Shown piece after piece: positions 1 to 12,494 of a stretch of 64,000 bases of DNA. The notes below the pieces were generated by a model. That model was given only the letters and a program-made list of their open reading frames with translations, searched no databases and was not told where the DNA came from. Position 1 is the stretch's first letter. Each line of letters starts with the position of its first letter. The translations under genes and the position numbers were made by a program. Source of the stretch: Octopus sinensis (Eukaryota); the NCBI RefSeq assembly GCF_006345805.1, contig NC_042999.1, positions 81,096,001 through 81,160,000 on the forward strand. The letters run 5' to 3'.

Positions 1-628
1 TGGGAATGCAATCTGTTGTCGATGCAGTGTGCATCTGCGCCTGAGTGATTGTCCCGTGGAACCCACGTAGTCTTGGTGGCAGCCCGAGCATTTAATAACA
101 TAAATTATGTTTTTAGAGGCACAAGTAAAGTTAGATTTGATCTTAAATTTCTGTCCCTCTTTAAAGAAGAATTCTGATCCTTCCAATAGGTTAGGACATG
201 TTGCACAGTTCGATCTACCACATTTTTTTACTTTTGCATCCGTAATTTTAGAAGACAATTTTGCAAAGCAACTACTGCCACAATTTTTAATCTTCCCATT
301 TTACCAATGTGCTTTCGGATCATCAACACAAATGAGACTGAACAAGGAAACATTCTTCATTGAAAAGTACAAACCCAGACTCAACCATCCGAACATACTG
401 ACACAGAGAAATTAACAAGGAAAAGGGAAAAAAAATTTTTTAAGCGATTATCTCCCCTACACCGGAAAAAATCACTCACTACCTCCCCTTATTTAGAAAT
501 CTCCTGGAAATAAAAACAACGATAATTCCATGCAATATAAACATAACGTCACAAGAAATTTGAAAAGCTACACGCGAAACCGGTAATTTCTTTAAAAATT
601 TTTAAAATTATGTCATTTTAAGGAAAGG

Positions 629-660
<32 letters not shown>

Positions 661-750
661 CAATATTCTCCAGACATTTTGACACAAATATATATATTTT
701 TTAACATTTAAGCCTTCTGTCGTTTTTTCACACTTTACTATTTTCTCATA
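1..750 (+). mobile_element. 3' end of a Penelope-like element (GIY-YIG C-terminus plus 3' flank), ending at a (TA)n tract
   Basis: ORF 107-415 ends IFPFYQC...RLNKETFFIEKYKPRLN, resembling the PLE GIY-YIG C-terminus. A hammerhead-like motif lies at 553-592 and a TA tract starts at ~749. Confidence 0.6.
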
Positions 751-1968
751 TATATATATATATATATATACTTGTATACATGTATATATATATGTGTGCA
801 TGTATAGAAATGTATATATATCTATGTATATCTATGTATCTATCCCAGTAGAGATACGTCCATAATATAAAGAATATTGTATTAATGAATAAAAAAACAA
901 AGTATAGTTATGATCATTTAGAAAGTTTTCAGAGATCTTACTCTCGTTTTATGATTATTCTACCTTTCGAAATGAAATCTAAAGTTGATAACCATTATAA
1001 GGAAGTATACCCACGCGTCAGAGAAATGGATGAATTTCAGTGTAGTAAAGCAAATGAGAGATATATAATTGAAAATCGTATGATAAAGGTGTTAGCCCAA
1101 ATTTATACAGATACACTTCTACAACAATAACTATTTAAACAACACGTTTATCATACGAATTTAATTAGTATCTCAATCATTCGAAATACTACACTGAAAT
1201 TCATCCTTTTCTCTGACGAGTGGATAAACTTCCTAATAATTGTTATCAATTTTGGATTTAATTTCCAAAGGTTGTATATTCATGAAACGATCGCAAGAAC
1301 TCTCAAAACTTTCTAAATGATCATAGCTATACATTATATTTTTATTTATTAATACAATATTCTTTATATAATGGATCTATCTATACGGAGATTTTTATGA
1401 TATAATTTTCCTACTTTTACTCTGTAATATATAATCGTTCTAATTGAATCTTTATATAATTTTAAGGTTTTAGACATCTCTCATATCAAGAGCACCTATC
1501 TGAAATCCAGTACACATTATTCTCAAAGGATATATTTCATTAACTACATATATGTGTGTATATATGTGTGTGCGTTAGTGTGTGTATGTGTATGTATATA
1601 TAAGTATATGTATATGTAAACAAATGAGTGGTCAAATGAAAGAAAATGGCATTTCAACACATTTTGCATGAGTTATATGTATCTATTAAAAACGTTTGAC
1701 TCCGCTCTATGCAAGGTAAAGCTTTGTGAGCTTCTATCAGAAATCGCTCGTTTTCAGTCTAAGATTACCGAAAGTAGAGGCACAGGAAGTACGCGATTGT
1801 TGCTGTAAAAAGAGCTGATATTGGTCAAAGCTAATTGCATGGTGTTGGCAGGGTAACGTCGGCGATTCAGCGATGCCAGCTCCGCTTGAAAGAGGTACCA
1901 CTTGAACTGCGAGGCTGAAGAAGAAGCTGATGGCATGCAGATGTCTAGGAGCCAACAGAAACAAGACC

Positions 1969-1969
<1 letters not shown>

Positions 1970-2037
<68 letters not shown>
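1970..2037. repeat. (GT)n microsatellite
   Basis: Direct sequence. Confidence 0.97.
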
Positions 2038-2038
<1 letters not shown>

Positions 2039-3286
2039 GGTGTGTGTATGTTTGTGTATGTGCGTGTGAGTGTGTGACTACTAGATGCACGAATATATAA
2101 ATTGTAATAAGCTTTGAAATAATTATTTGGTATGTTAACAGTGTTTTGTTTCAAGTTTATACATTATCAAATATTGTATCGTGCAACACTTATTTATACG
2201 CCATGTCTTTTGTAGTAGAAAATGATGGAAGATCTGAAATATTTCCAATCTTGGGTTGGAATTTCCTCACAGAGTATGAATTATTCTCAACTGTCTATAG
2301 AGAGACAGACATCGTTAATAAATCCGCAATTTTTGGAGACTTAAATAAATCTATTAACATTGATAAACACACCTTATATATTCATGGAAGTTAGTTAACT
2401 ATTTAAGTGGGTAAACACACGGCATTTTCTTTCAATGAAATGCGCTGCTACAGAATATATCTACATATTTTAGCCATCATTGTATGTAACAAACTAAAGT
2501 AAACAACTTTTCATTAAAAACACAATGTCGGCAAATATAATAAGCAGTGACACTGTAGCTATTGAAATATGAGTATTCACGTGCTGAAATTTCAACATTG
2601 GATTGACGCAAAAACAGATAAATAATCTTTTTCTGTCCATTAAACAATTCTATATGAAGAAAAAGTAATTGCATCTGTCTATACCATACAATGTTGGCTG
2701 TGATGTGCAGATATATTCAACAGTATTGTATAGCATTCCAACACATTAGACATATAAGTAGAAAACTTTTTCGACATTCTATTATATATATATATATGTA
2801 AATGACCATGGAAGTAAATTATGATGAAGAAAACAAGAAAAATATGTTATTTGTTACGAAATATAAAAACGAAATTCACTAGTGTAAATGTATCAATACC
2901 AAACAGAAATGAGTAATCAGCGCTTAAACTGCACATAAGCAATATGCTAAACACTTATTTAAACAATTTTACATACAGTAATGGTGAATTAACATAAGTA
3001 TTATGCATATCAAGTGAACGTATCTATAAGCTTGTGTGTCTCGTGTTTGTTTGTATGTGTATGTCTTTGAGAATGTATATTGGTTGTATGATTTAGATTC
3101 CAAAACGGAGTGAAAATACACCTGAAGGGAAAGACACTTCATGTTCAAAATGGATTAAAATTTGTATTTTTTGAAACATTGCATAGAAAAGTAGTTTCTC
3201 TCACTTCAGAATTTGCAGATAATGCATCTTTGCTTAAGTATATTATACATATGTGTGTATGTGTGTTGTGTATGTGTGTGTATGCG

Positions 3287-3352
<66 letters not shown>

Positions 3353-3357
3353 AGTAT

Positions 3358-4238
3358 ATTTTCTCCCTCCCTCTTCCTTCCTCTGCTCCCTCACTCCCTC
3401 TCTTCCCTTCCTCTCTCCCCTCTCCCCTTCCTCCTTCATCCCCCTCCTCACGTTCCTTCTCCCCCATCGTCTCCTCTTCCCCCTTCTTCCCCTCCCCCTT
3501 CTCTCCCCCCTCTTCTCCCCTCCCCCTTCTCCTCTCTCCTCACTACAACAACCACATGACTTTACACATCACATCACATATGATGTGCCATACTAATACA
3601 CACACCAACTAAACATACTAATACGTACTAATACATACTAGTACATACTAATACTTACACCAACCCTATACATACACACGTCCAGACCCCGCATACGCAC
3701 TTATACTCTCTCACACACACACACACACCCCTATACATACCAATACGTACTAATACATACTAATACATACTAATACATACACCAACCCCATACATACGCA
3801 CGTCCAGACCAATCTTACGCACTAATACTCTCTCATACACACACACACACACACACACACCCTTATACTACTAATACATACACCAACCCTATACATACAC
3901 ACATCCAGACCCCTCCCACGCACTTTTAGCTGGTCCCTCAACCCTTTTATCAACCCTATTATCTCCCCTTATTTCGCTCTCGCGTCTCATGTTTGATCTT
4001 TGACCTCTGGCCGAAATCAGATCGCCATGTTGATTCGTTAGCTACTGCACGCATTTTTTTTCTCTCCTTCTTTCTGTGTTTTTCTCTCTCTGTGTATCTT
4101 TCTGTTGAAGAGCGTAGGCTCGAAACGTTAAAGACTTGTTTTATTTATATTTCCTGAGCGCCATACTAATACAATTGTTCGTTTGTTTTCCACATGCCTT
4201 CGTCTTTTGTTTATTTTCATAAAGCTTCCCGTTATATA
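3358..4238 (+). repeat. 5' pseudo-LTR of the PLE
   Basis: Near-identical to ~7857-8708: CT-rich block, CATACTAATA/ACCAACCC subrepeats, CTGGCCGAAATCAG, HHR-like motif, ...CATAAAGCTTCCCGTTATATAT. Confidence 0.92.
4097..4134 (+). ncRNA. Minimal type I hammerhead-like ribozyme motif in the 5' pLTR (non-canonical CUGUUGA core)
   Basis: TCTTT-CTGTTGA-A-GAGC(GTAG)GCTC-GAAAC-GTT-AAAGA: stem I TCTTT/AAAGA, stem II GAGC/GCTC, palindromic ACGT helix III. Confidence 0.65.
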
Positions 4239-4858
4239 TTATGCGCTCACGTGGTCTCACTTTCATCCTATATTCTACCAATACCACTATCAACACTTAC
4301 CTCTACCTTGGATTTTCTTTACCTCTTGGATACGTACCATTGGCTGCACCTCTCTTTCGCGGATCAAAGTGACTTTGCATTGATGTGAAATCCTTAAAAA
4401 ATATACCACGACGTCTACACATTTCTCACCTTGAACTTTCAACCTTGAACTTGTTCGCATAAACTGTCCCGTTTGTTGTATTTTTATTTTCTCTTATATT
4501 ACCACTTTTTTTACATTCATTTCATGCTTCCCACATTTTCCTGAATTTTTGTTCTCCTTTCCGTCTTTCTTCCCCCTCTGGATGTCCATACTCCGTTTCC
4601 TCTGCCTGCACCCCCCTTTTTTGCCTCCCCTCTCTCTGCTTCCCTTCTTTCTTTCCCTTTTCCGTTTGCCCCGTCTTTTCTGCCCCTATCGCTTACTTAT
4701 CTAGTTTTTTCATACGATTATTATTTTTTTGTTTTTTTGAACGTTTGTTTTTTTCCCCCTTTTTTCGCTATCCTTTTTTTCTATTTTTTTCATACGATAA
4801 TTTTTGTTTTTTGTTTTTTTTTTGTTTTTTCGAACGTTTTTTTTTCCGCTATCCCATC

Positions 4859-7745
4859 ATGCCGGATCCTAGGTCCTACCTCCTCACCCTCCATCACCGT
4901 TTGAAGGATCATCTACGTTCGCTTCCTGTATATTGCCTTCAGCCGTCCGTTAATCTCTCTCTACTTCTTTTTAAAAAAACCCGCTTCTCTAGCCATGTCT
5001 CTTTCCTAAGCCGCTGCCTACATCACCGACTCATCCCTAAAGGTTTCCGCCTCCACTTCCACCCTGCTCTCCACTCGGATTCTTCCATCTTACCCATACT
5101 CCGCACCACATCTTACCGCCTTATGCGGGCACCATTCGCTCCAATCTCTCCAAACTACATGCCATCAACCGCCTTCTTCCTCCTGCTTTCTCCACCTTCT
5201 TCTCCTCTCTGCCGCCTCTCTATGCTCCAAACACGCTACGCTTCATTATCCATTTAATCAACTCTTCCATCAATTTCTTTCTGATACCAAACTTCGTAAA
5301 CTCCATCACTCTTCCATTCCACCCTACCCGACGCCACTACCCCAACTCCTCCACCACCCTTCTCCCCTCCCGATAGGCTCCATCCACCCACACCTAACCC
5401 CACTGCCCCTCCCTACAACCCCTTCTCCCCTCCCGTTAGGCTCCATCCACCTACACCTAACCCTACTGCCCCGCCCAACCACCCCCCACACACCTCCCCA
5501 ATCCCTCCCCTCAGACCTCCACGAGACCTACACCCCTCCTACTTCTATTCCACCCACCCCTTCCACTTCCGTCTGTTGTTACCATTCCCCCCGATCTTCC
5601 CCTCTCTGCGGCTGAACGCTCCGTCCTTGGTAGGGGTCTGCGTTTCACCCCCCTCACTCCATCCTGTAAGGAATTCCAGACGCGAGTTGATGTCCACAGC
5701 TTTGTGCGCCGTGTCCGGTTGGGTGCGCATTACCACGACTCGCCACCCACACCCCACGAAGAGGACGACTGCTTCACTGGCCTGGGCCGCCGACCATCCC
5801 CGTGGACGCCTGCCCCTGGCCAGATCCTAGCAGTGGATCTTTTCGCGGGCGCTTGTCAGCGTGCATTGGAGCGGTTCAACTTCTCCAGGCGACAACGCCG
5901 CCTCACCATCTCCCCGGCTGAGCTCTTGGCTCTTCGTTCCCTCCAACGGCGCGCTGACATTATCATCAAACCGGCTGACAAGGGTGGAGCTGTAGTGGTG
6001 TGGCGCGCGGACCTCTATAGGGCCGAGGCTTTCCGCCAACTCAATGACACCTCCTTCTATTCCCCTCTGCCCTCTAACCCCACACGTAGCTACCAACAGA
6101 CGGTATCCTCTACTGTCGAAGACCTCATCTCGTCCTCCCGTCTCCCCCGCACCGCATCCAACCTAATTGTGCGAACCCCACGTACCCCCACAATTTACTT
6201 CCTCCCCAAAATCCACAAACCCAACAACCCTGGCCGCCCCATCGTCTCCGCCTGTAACTGCCCCACGGAGCTCATCTCTAAATACCTCGACCGTGTCCTT
6301 GCCCCCCTAGTGGCATCTCTTCCCTCCCACATCCGCGATACCAACCATGCTCTCCGGCTTTTCAACTCTTTCTCCTTTCCTCCCGGCTCCTCCAAAATCC
6401 TTTTTACTATGGACATCCAAAGCCTCTATACTGTTATCCCTCACCACGAAGGACTGCAGGCCCTTCGACATTTTCTTGACCTCCGCTTTAACCCTGTACC
6501 TGACACCTCCACACTCATTCGTCTGGCCGAACTTGTCCTTACTCTGAACTGCTTCTCGTTCGCGGGCGAGTTCTACCATCAGGTCTCGGGAGTGGCCATG
6601 GGAACGCGAATGGGCCCCAACTATGCGAACCTGTTCGTTGGCTATGTTGAGGCCCAAATATTCTCTAATTTCACTGGTCCCACTCCTGAACTATATGGTC
6701 GTTATATTGACGACATTATCGGTGCCACCTCACCCTCCCGCGAACATCTAGATTCCTTCCTCTCTTTCGTCCAATCTTCCATCCAGCCCTCCACTTCACT
6801 TCCACTATCTCCAACACCTCTGTCTCCTTCCTCGACATTTCGGTTAGCATTCTTCACTCCACTCTTACCACCTCCATTCACTACAAACACACAGACTCAC
6901 ACTCATACCTCACTTCTCTTCCTCCCACCCAGAACACACCAAGCTTTCCATCCCCTATTCCCAATTCCTCCGTCTACGTAGGCTCTGTAGTGACGACCAT
7001 GACTTTGAGACTCAGTCTCAACGTATGGCTCACCACTTCACCCTACGTGGATACCCCCTCACCACTATCCACACCGCCCTTGCCAGAGCACGGTCCGTGG
7101 ACCGTGTATCTGCTCTCTCTCCCCGAACCCGCCCTGTAGTTTCCCGCCTCCTTTTCCCCCACTTACCACCCCACGACCCTACGTCTCCAACGCACCATTC
7201 TTCGAGCTTTCCGTCATCTCCAGTCCGACCCGTCCACTTCACACCTCTTCCCTAACCGACCCCTCCCCTCTTTCAAACGAGCCCACAACCTTCGAGACCT
7301 TTTGGTCCATAGCTCCTTCCCTGACCCTACCTCCCAACCCGGCTCGTTCCCTGCTCCCGCCCACGTTGCCGCACTTGCCCTTACCTCTCCAACACCACCG
7401 CCTCACTAGCATCCACCATCGACCCTATCCCATCATCCACTCCTTCACCTGCACCTCCAGCAATATTATCTATTGCATCTCTTGCTCTCTCTGCAATTCC
7501 TTGTACATCGACAAACGGACGCCGCTTGGCTGACCGGTTCGCGGAACAACTTCGTGACATCCACTTGCGAACGACAACGCACACCGGTCTCACGCCATTT
7601 CCGCTCTCACCGGTCACTCCTTGCAACACCTCTGTGTTCGGTTTGTCCTTACACAGAGGCCATCCGGATTCCCGTTTGCGCCGTGAACAGGAATTAATCT
7701 TCTCTCTTCGCTCTTATACGCCATTTGGTCTCACTCTCCCCCCCT
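4859..7745 (+). pseudogene. PLE polyprotein (reverse transcriptase + GIY-YIG endonuclease), frameshifted as assembled
   Basis: Starts at ATG 4859 (MPDPRSYLL...FLSRCLHHRLIPKGF). RT motifs: IIIKPADKGGAVVVW, YFLPKIHKPNNPGRPIVS, MDIQSLYTVIPH, GVAMGTRMGPNYANLF, YGRYIDDII. A Cys-rich linker (~7345-7385) precedes the GIY-YIG region (FTCTSSNIIYCISC...LYI...RFAE..RDI...EQELIFSL). Confidence 0.9.
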
Positions 7746-7856
7746 CCTCATCTAAAACCCCCTCCTCCCCCCCTCCTCACCTATCCTTTCTCCCCCCGAC
7801 CCCTACTTCTTCAGTCCTTCATCCTTTCACCCCTACTCCCCTTCCCTTCTTCCCTC

Positions 7857-8708
7857 TTTCTCCCTCCCTCTTCCCTTCCCTCTGCCTCCCTCACTCCCTC
7901 TCTCCCCTCTCTCTTTCCTCCTTCATCCCCCTCCTCACGTCCTTCCCACCCCATCGTCTCCTCTTCCCCCTTCTTCCCCTCCCCTTCTCTCCCCCCTTTC
8001 TCCCCTCCCCCTCTTCTCCTCACTACACCACATGACTTACACATCACATCACATATGATGTGCCATACTAATACACACACCAACTAATACATACTAATAC
8101 GTACTAATACATACTAGTACATACTAATACTTACACCAACCTATACATACACACGTCCAGACCCCGCATACGCACTTATACTCTCTCACACACACACACA
8201 CACCTATACATACCAATACGTACTAATACATACTAATACATACACCAACCCCATACATACGCACGTCCAGACCAATCTTACGCACTAATACTCTCTCATA
8301 CACACACAAACACACACACACACACAACACCCTTATACATACTAATACATACACCAACCCTATACATACACACATCCAGACCCCTCCCACGCACTTTTAG
8401 CTGGTCCCTCAACCCTTTTATCAACCCTATTATCTCCCCTTATTTCGCTCTCGCGTCTCATGTTTGATCTTTGACCTCTGGCCGAAATCAGATCGCCATG
8501 TTGATTCGTTAGCTACTGCACGCATTTTTTTTCTCTCCTTCTTTCTGTGTTTTTCTCTCTCTGTGTATCTTTCTGTTGAAGAGCGTAGGCTCGAAACGTT
8601 AAAGACTTGTTTTATTTATATTTCCTGAGCGCCATACTAATACAATTGTTCGTTTGTTTTCCACATGCCTTCGTCTTTTGTTTATTTTCATAAAGCTTCC
8701 CGTTATAT
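7857..8708 (+). repeat. 3' pseudo-LTR of the PLE
   Basis: Direct repeat of 3358-4238; the offset is 4471 at the 3' end. Confidence 0.92.
8568..8605 (+). ncRNA. Same hammerhead-like motif in the 3' pLTR
   Basis: Identical to 4097-4134. Confidence 0.65.
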
Positions 8709-8972
8709 ATAATATATATATGTATATATATACATATGTATATATATATATGTATATATATATGTATAAAATATGTATATATATATATATGTATATATAA
8801 TATATATAATATATTATATATATATATATATATATAATGTATATATATATATGTATATATATATGTATATATATATGTATATATATATATATGTATATAT
8901 ATATGTATATATATGTATATATAATATATATATTATATATATTATATATATATATATTATATATATATGTAT
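8704..8972. repeat. Degenerate (TA)n/(TATG) microsatellite
   Basis: Direct sequence. Confidence 0.95.
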
Positions 8973-9554
8973 AATTAGCTCATTATGACAACATCTATTA
9001 GAGATGAAAGCAGCAAAGCAGTATTTATGCTGAGAAGTAATATTCATCACCACCAAGAAAGAGGCGTCCTCGCGAGGTTAAAATAGCAGTGTGTCTGTTC
9101 TAATAGAACACCAGTGCTTCTCAGTATAGATACTACTTTCGTCTCTAATAGAGACATTCTTAACGAGCTAGCGTTCTAGTTGCAAAACCAGTGAGTGTGT
9201 GACACTGTTTTGCTATATATTTCAAGCTGGGGTAAACTACTGCTATGTCTAAAAAACCGGCCTCCTGTGCTTTTCGCTCGGGATTGATCCTTGATCCAAA
9301 GTTTTTATATATACATACACGCCTACATATATGTGTAATGGCATTATTTTCGTAGTTTTGTCAAACGATTGACGTTGTCTCCCTTGTTTGGTCAGAATCA
9401 GTAGCCAATGCCGCTCAAGTTTATTGAATTTGAATTGAAACGAAGGTGACGTAAATTCATCAAAGTTTTAGTACTTACGTCATCTACTATAGATTCCTTT
9501 CTTCTATACGAACTCCCAAATATATATGCGCACACATTTATGTATGTATGTATG

Positions 9555-9617
<63 letters not shown>

Positions 9618-9699
9618 ATGCGCACACATTTATATATATTTACATTAATATATGCGTCTCTAGTCTCATAACTTATGTCTGTGCATGCGTGGGTACGGC

Positions 9700-9845
9700 A
9701 GTTAGCTGGCATTTTGTCAGCCTTTACTTTGAGTTCAACTACGCATTTCATGCTCTCAGTGTCGATAAAATAAGTACCAACTGAGCACTGGGCCGACGTA
9801 ATCGACCTAACCCTCTTTGGGCCTCTGCCAAAATTTGGAACTAAC
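9700..9845 (+). mobile_element. Degenerate SINE body (family S1)
   Basis: GTCGATAAAATAAGTACCA...GGCCGACGTAATCGAC matches the core of the S1 copy at 56270. Confidence 0.6.
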
Positions 9846-9889
9846 ATATATCTGATCCACTCAACGAAAGGATCACCGCCTGAAATTTT

Positions 9890-10005
9890 GTGGTGGTGTG
9901 ATTTAATCGATTCTATTGACCCCAGAGCTCGACTGGTACATATTTTACAAACCCCAAGTGGACAAAAGGCAAAGTTCATTTCGGCAGCATTTGTGCTCAG
10001 GAGAT
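9890..10005 (-). mobile_element. Degenerate SINE body (family S1), inverted
   Basis: AATCGATTCTATTGACCCCAG...ACTGGTAC...AAAGGCAAAGT is the reverse complement of the S1 core. Confidence 0.55.
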
Positions 10006-12494
10006 AAATTCTAAAGAAATACCACTAACCATCTTGTCTGGCTTGCAAACGATTCTGCTTGCTTAACGCATTAATAGATTCACACACTCACGCACACATG
10101 CGCGCGTATGTTCGTATATATACTTACGCGCACACAAACGCACACACACGCACGTAAGTACGTGTAGTGTAAATATTAAGAAGAATAAATATGACCACGC
10201 TTGGATGAATTTCTCTAAAAGTTGTAATAACCTAACTCTTTAAAATAACATGAAAATACCCCAATCTGTCGGATGTTTGTCTTTCAGTATAAAGAGAAAA
10301 AATATAGAGGGAATGATAAACAGAAATAATCAATGGGAAATGAAAATGAGTGTTTCTTGATACTGAACCGAGACCATCCAATTTGATAAATCAAATTCAT
10401 GTAATTTTAGTCGGGTAGCTAAAACCTGAATGCGGCTGTTTTATTGCTCACTTTAAAGAAAAAAAATGAACAACAAGCCAATGCGAGATCCATCTTAAAA
10501 TCTGATATGGTGCTTGCATCTTTTCTTTATAGCTTAGGTTTGCATTGTATACCTTTCATTCATGGATAAACCCAAGTAATAGAAACATACATGAGCGTAT
10601 AACATTCATACTTGCGTTGAACACACAAACACGCACACGTATACATGCATATACATGTGCTCCTTCATACACACACTCGCATGGATAGTTGTATGTACAT
10701 GCTTCCATGTATATGTGTAGTTATAAATATATACATATATATACATACGCATTGACATGTATATGCATACGTACGCACACATATTCGCAAACACACCTGC
10801 CTTCTGGATGCATGTGAGCGCGTGTGCGTTTGTGTGCGCGCCTGCGTGTGTCTGTGTTTGTGTGTGAGAATACGGGTGCAAGTGAATTACATGTACAGGA
10901 AGATAATGTGAAAGGAAAATAGATTGAAGTGTGTGTCTGTATAATAGTTATATACGTTAGTGATTCGGAAACGTGTTTGGGAGATTGATGTGTGTTCCCA
11001 TTTACGGAAAGAGTAAAGGATCTGTAAGCCTTGTAATTTCTCTTTTTCACATTATCAGTGAACCTCACCTTCAAGCAATCCTTCAATTTCTCTTCTTTTT
11101 CTTTGTGCGCGAAACGAAAATCTGCCTGTATTCTTACCAAATTAACGTGAATGTAATATTATATGTGGTTCTACATGCAGATTAACCCGAATATCATGCG
11201 TATGATAAATACTTCAGCTGTCAAAAAGCACTTGTATATCTTTTTTTAAAGAATTTCCTCGTAGAAGATATCACAGTGACTGAATATATAGTAACGAATT
11301 AAAAGGTCTTTAGTAGGTGAGGTCACATTATCTTCAAATCACCACTGGGTTCACACTGACTTTTACATTTGGGATCCATCATAGGAGTAACATGTTAATG
11401 CTTTTGGTAAAAAGACAATATACATTCTCACTAAAATGTATGTTCCACTACTTTTGTTGCAAATCATATCTTTTCTAAGAAATAATTCTTTAAATTGCTT
11501 ACGTAATTGATATGAATGTGAACAATCAATATTGACTTTTATAATTTGTTAATGAATTTTACATAAGTATGTAGAGGATTGGTAAAAATATCGGATTTGG
11601 GATTAGAGTAATTGTCTATATTTAGTTGCATGTTTTAACCGTTTATATTAAACCTTTGTTCTAATCACATAATGGGTTTCATAAAATACACCGTACCACG
11701 ACGTCAACTTTATAAAAATAGATACAAACACACGTATATATATATATATATATATATATACGAACACATACATACATATGTATACATCGATGTATGTATA
11801 AACATTGATTTTAACGCATTTTATTTGATGACTCTGGAAGACAAGTTGTTATGCTGACAAAATCAACGTGTAAGTATGAAACTATGCTTATATGAACGTG
11901 TGTACATATCAAATAATAGCCTTACCCTCTCTCTCCCTAAATGTATATACATACATAAACATATATATATACGTACACACACACACACACATTCATACCT
12001 ACAGCATTGCATAACAAGTACTAATGGTTTTGCGTAATTCACATTAATGTAATGCAGAGTTCAATCATACGAGTGAAAATCTGATTTTTCTCTCTTCACA
12101 ATTAATTAATGATTATAGAGAAGGTGATAGGCTGATCGATCAGTATTTTTATAGCGGATCTTAAACATGATTGCTTTACATACGATTATGGAGTTATATA
12201 CAGTAATTTTGTTTTTAGTATCGCACGTAAACGAAATATTGTGCAGCAGCTGAAACTAAAAAATAGTCTAATATATAAGCCCTCGACGGAAAAAAAGTAG
12301 GCTTTGCCGTACGCATCGGGATCGAACCCACTTTATGTGTTCGAGTCTCATGCGTAAGATAAACCCTAGATTTTTTTTCCGTTAAAGACGCATATGCCCT
12401 AATATTAGTCCATTTACCTGAAGCAATGAACAGTGATTGCTTATAAACTTTATCGATATATATATATATATATATTTATATAATATATATATAA

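Larger units (their letters stand above)
3358..8708 (+). mobile_element. Near full-length Penelope-like element (Neptune-like) with pLTR-ORF-pLTR layout, flanked by (TA)n on both sides
   Basis: Direct repeats 3358-4238 and ~7857-8708 flank a frameshifted ORF with PLE RT and GIY-YIG motifs. TA tracts lie at ~3292-3343 and from 8704. Confidence 0.92.

Noticed and set aside
885-3240. Short protein-like ORFs at 885-1130, 2146-2394 and 3110-3240
   Set aside because: No recognisable motif or consistent splice phase; compatible with chance in AT-rich DNA.
3590-8360. CRISPR-like repeat/spacer appearance of the CATACTAATA and ACCAACCC units
   Set aside because: They are eukaryotic pLTR subrepeats with repetitive spacers, and there are no cas genes.
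11069-11125. Possible 57-nt minus-strand exon ADFRFAHKEKEEKLKDCLK with a GTGAGG donor
   Set aside because: The acceptor lacks a polypyrimidine tract and no homology was recognised.
12300-12375. tRNA-like B box on the minus strand (GGTTCGATCCCG)
   Set aside because: No cloverleaf can be drawn; at best a decayed SINE head.
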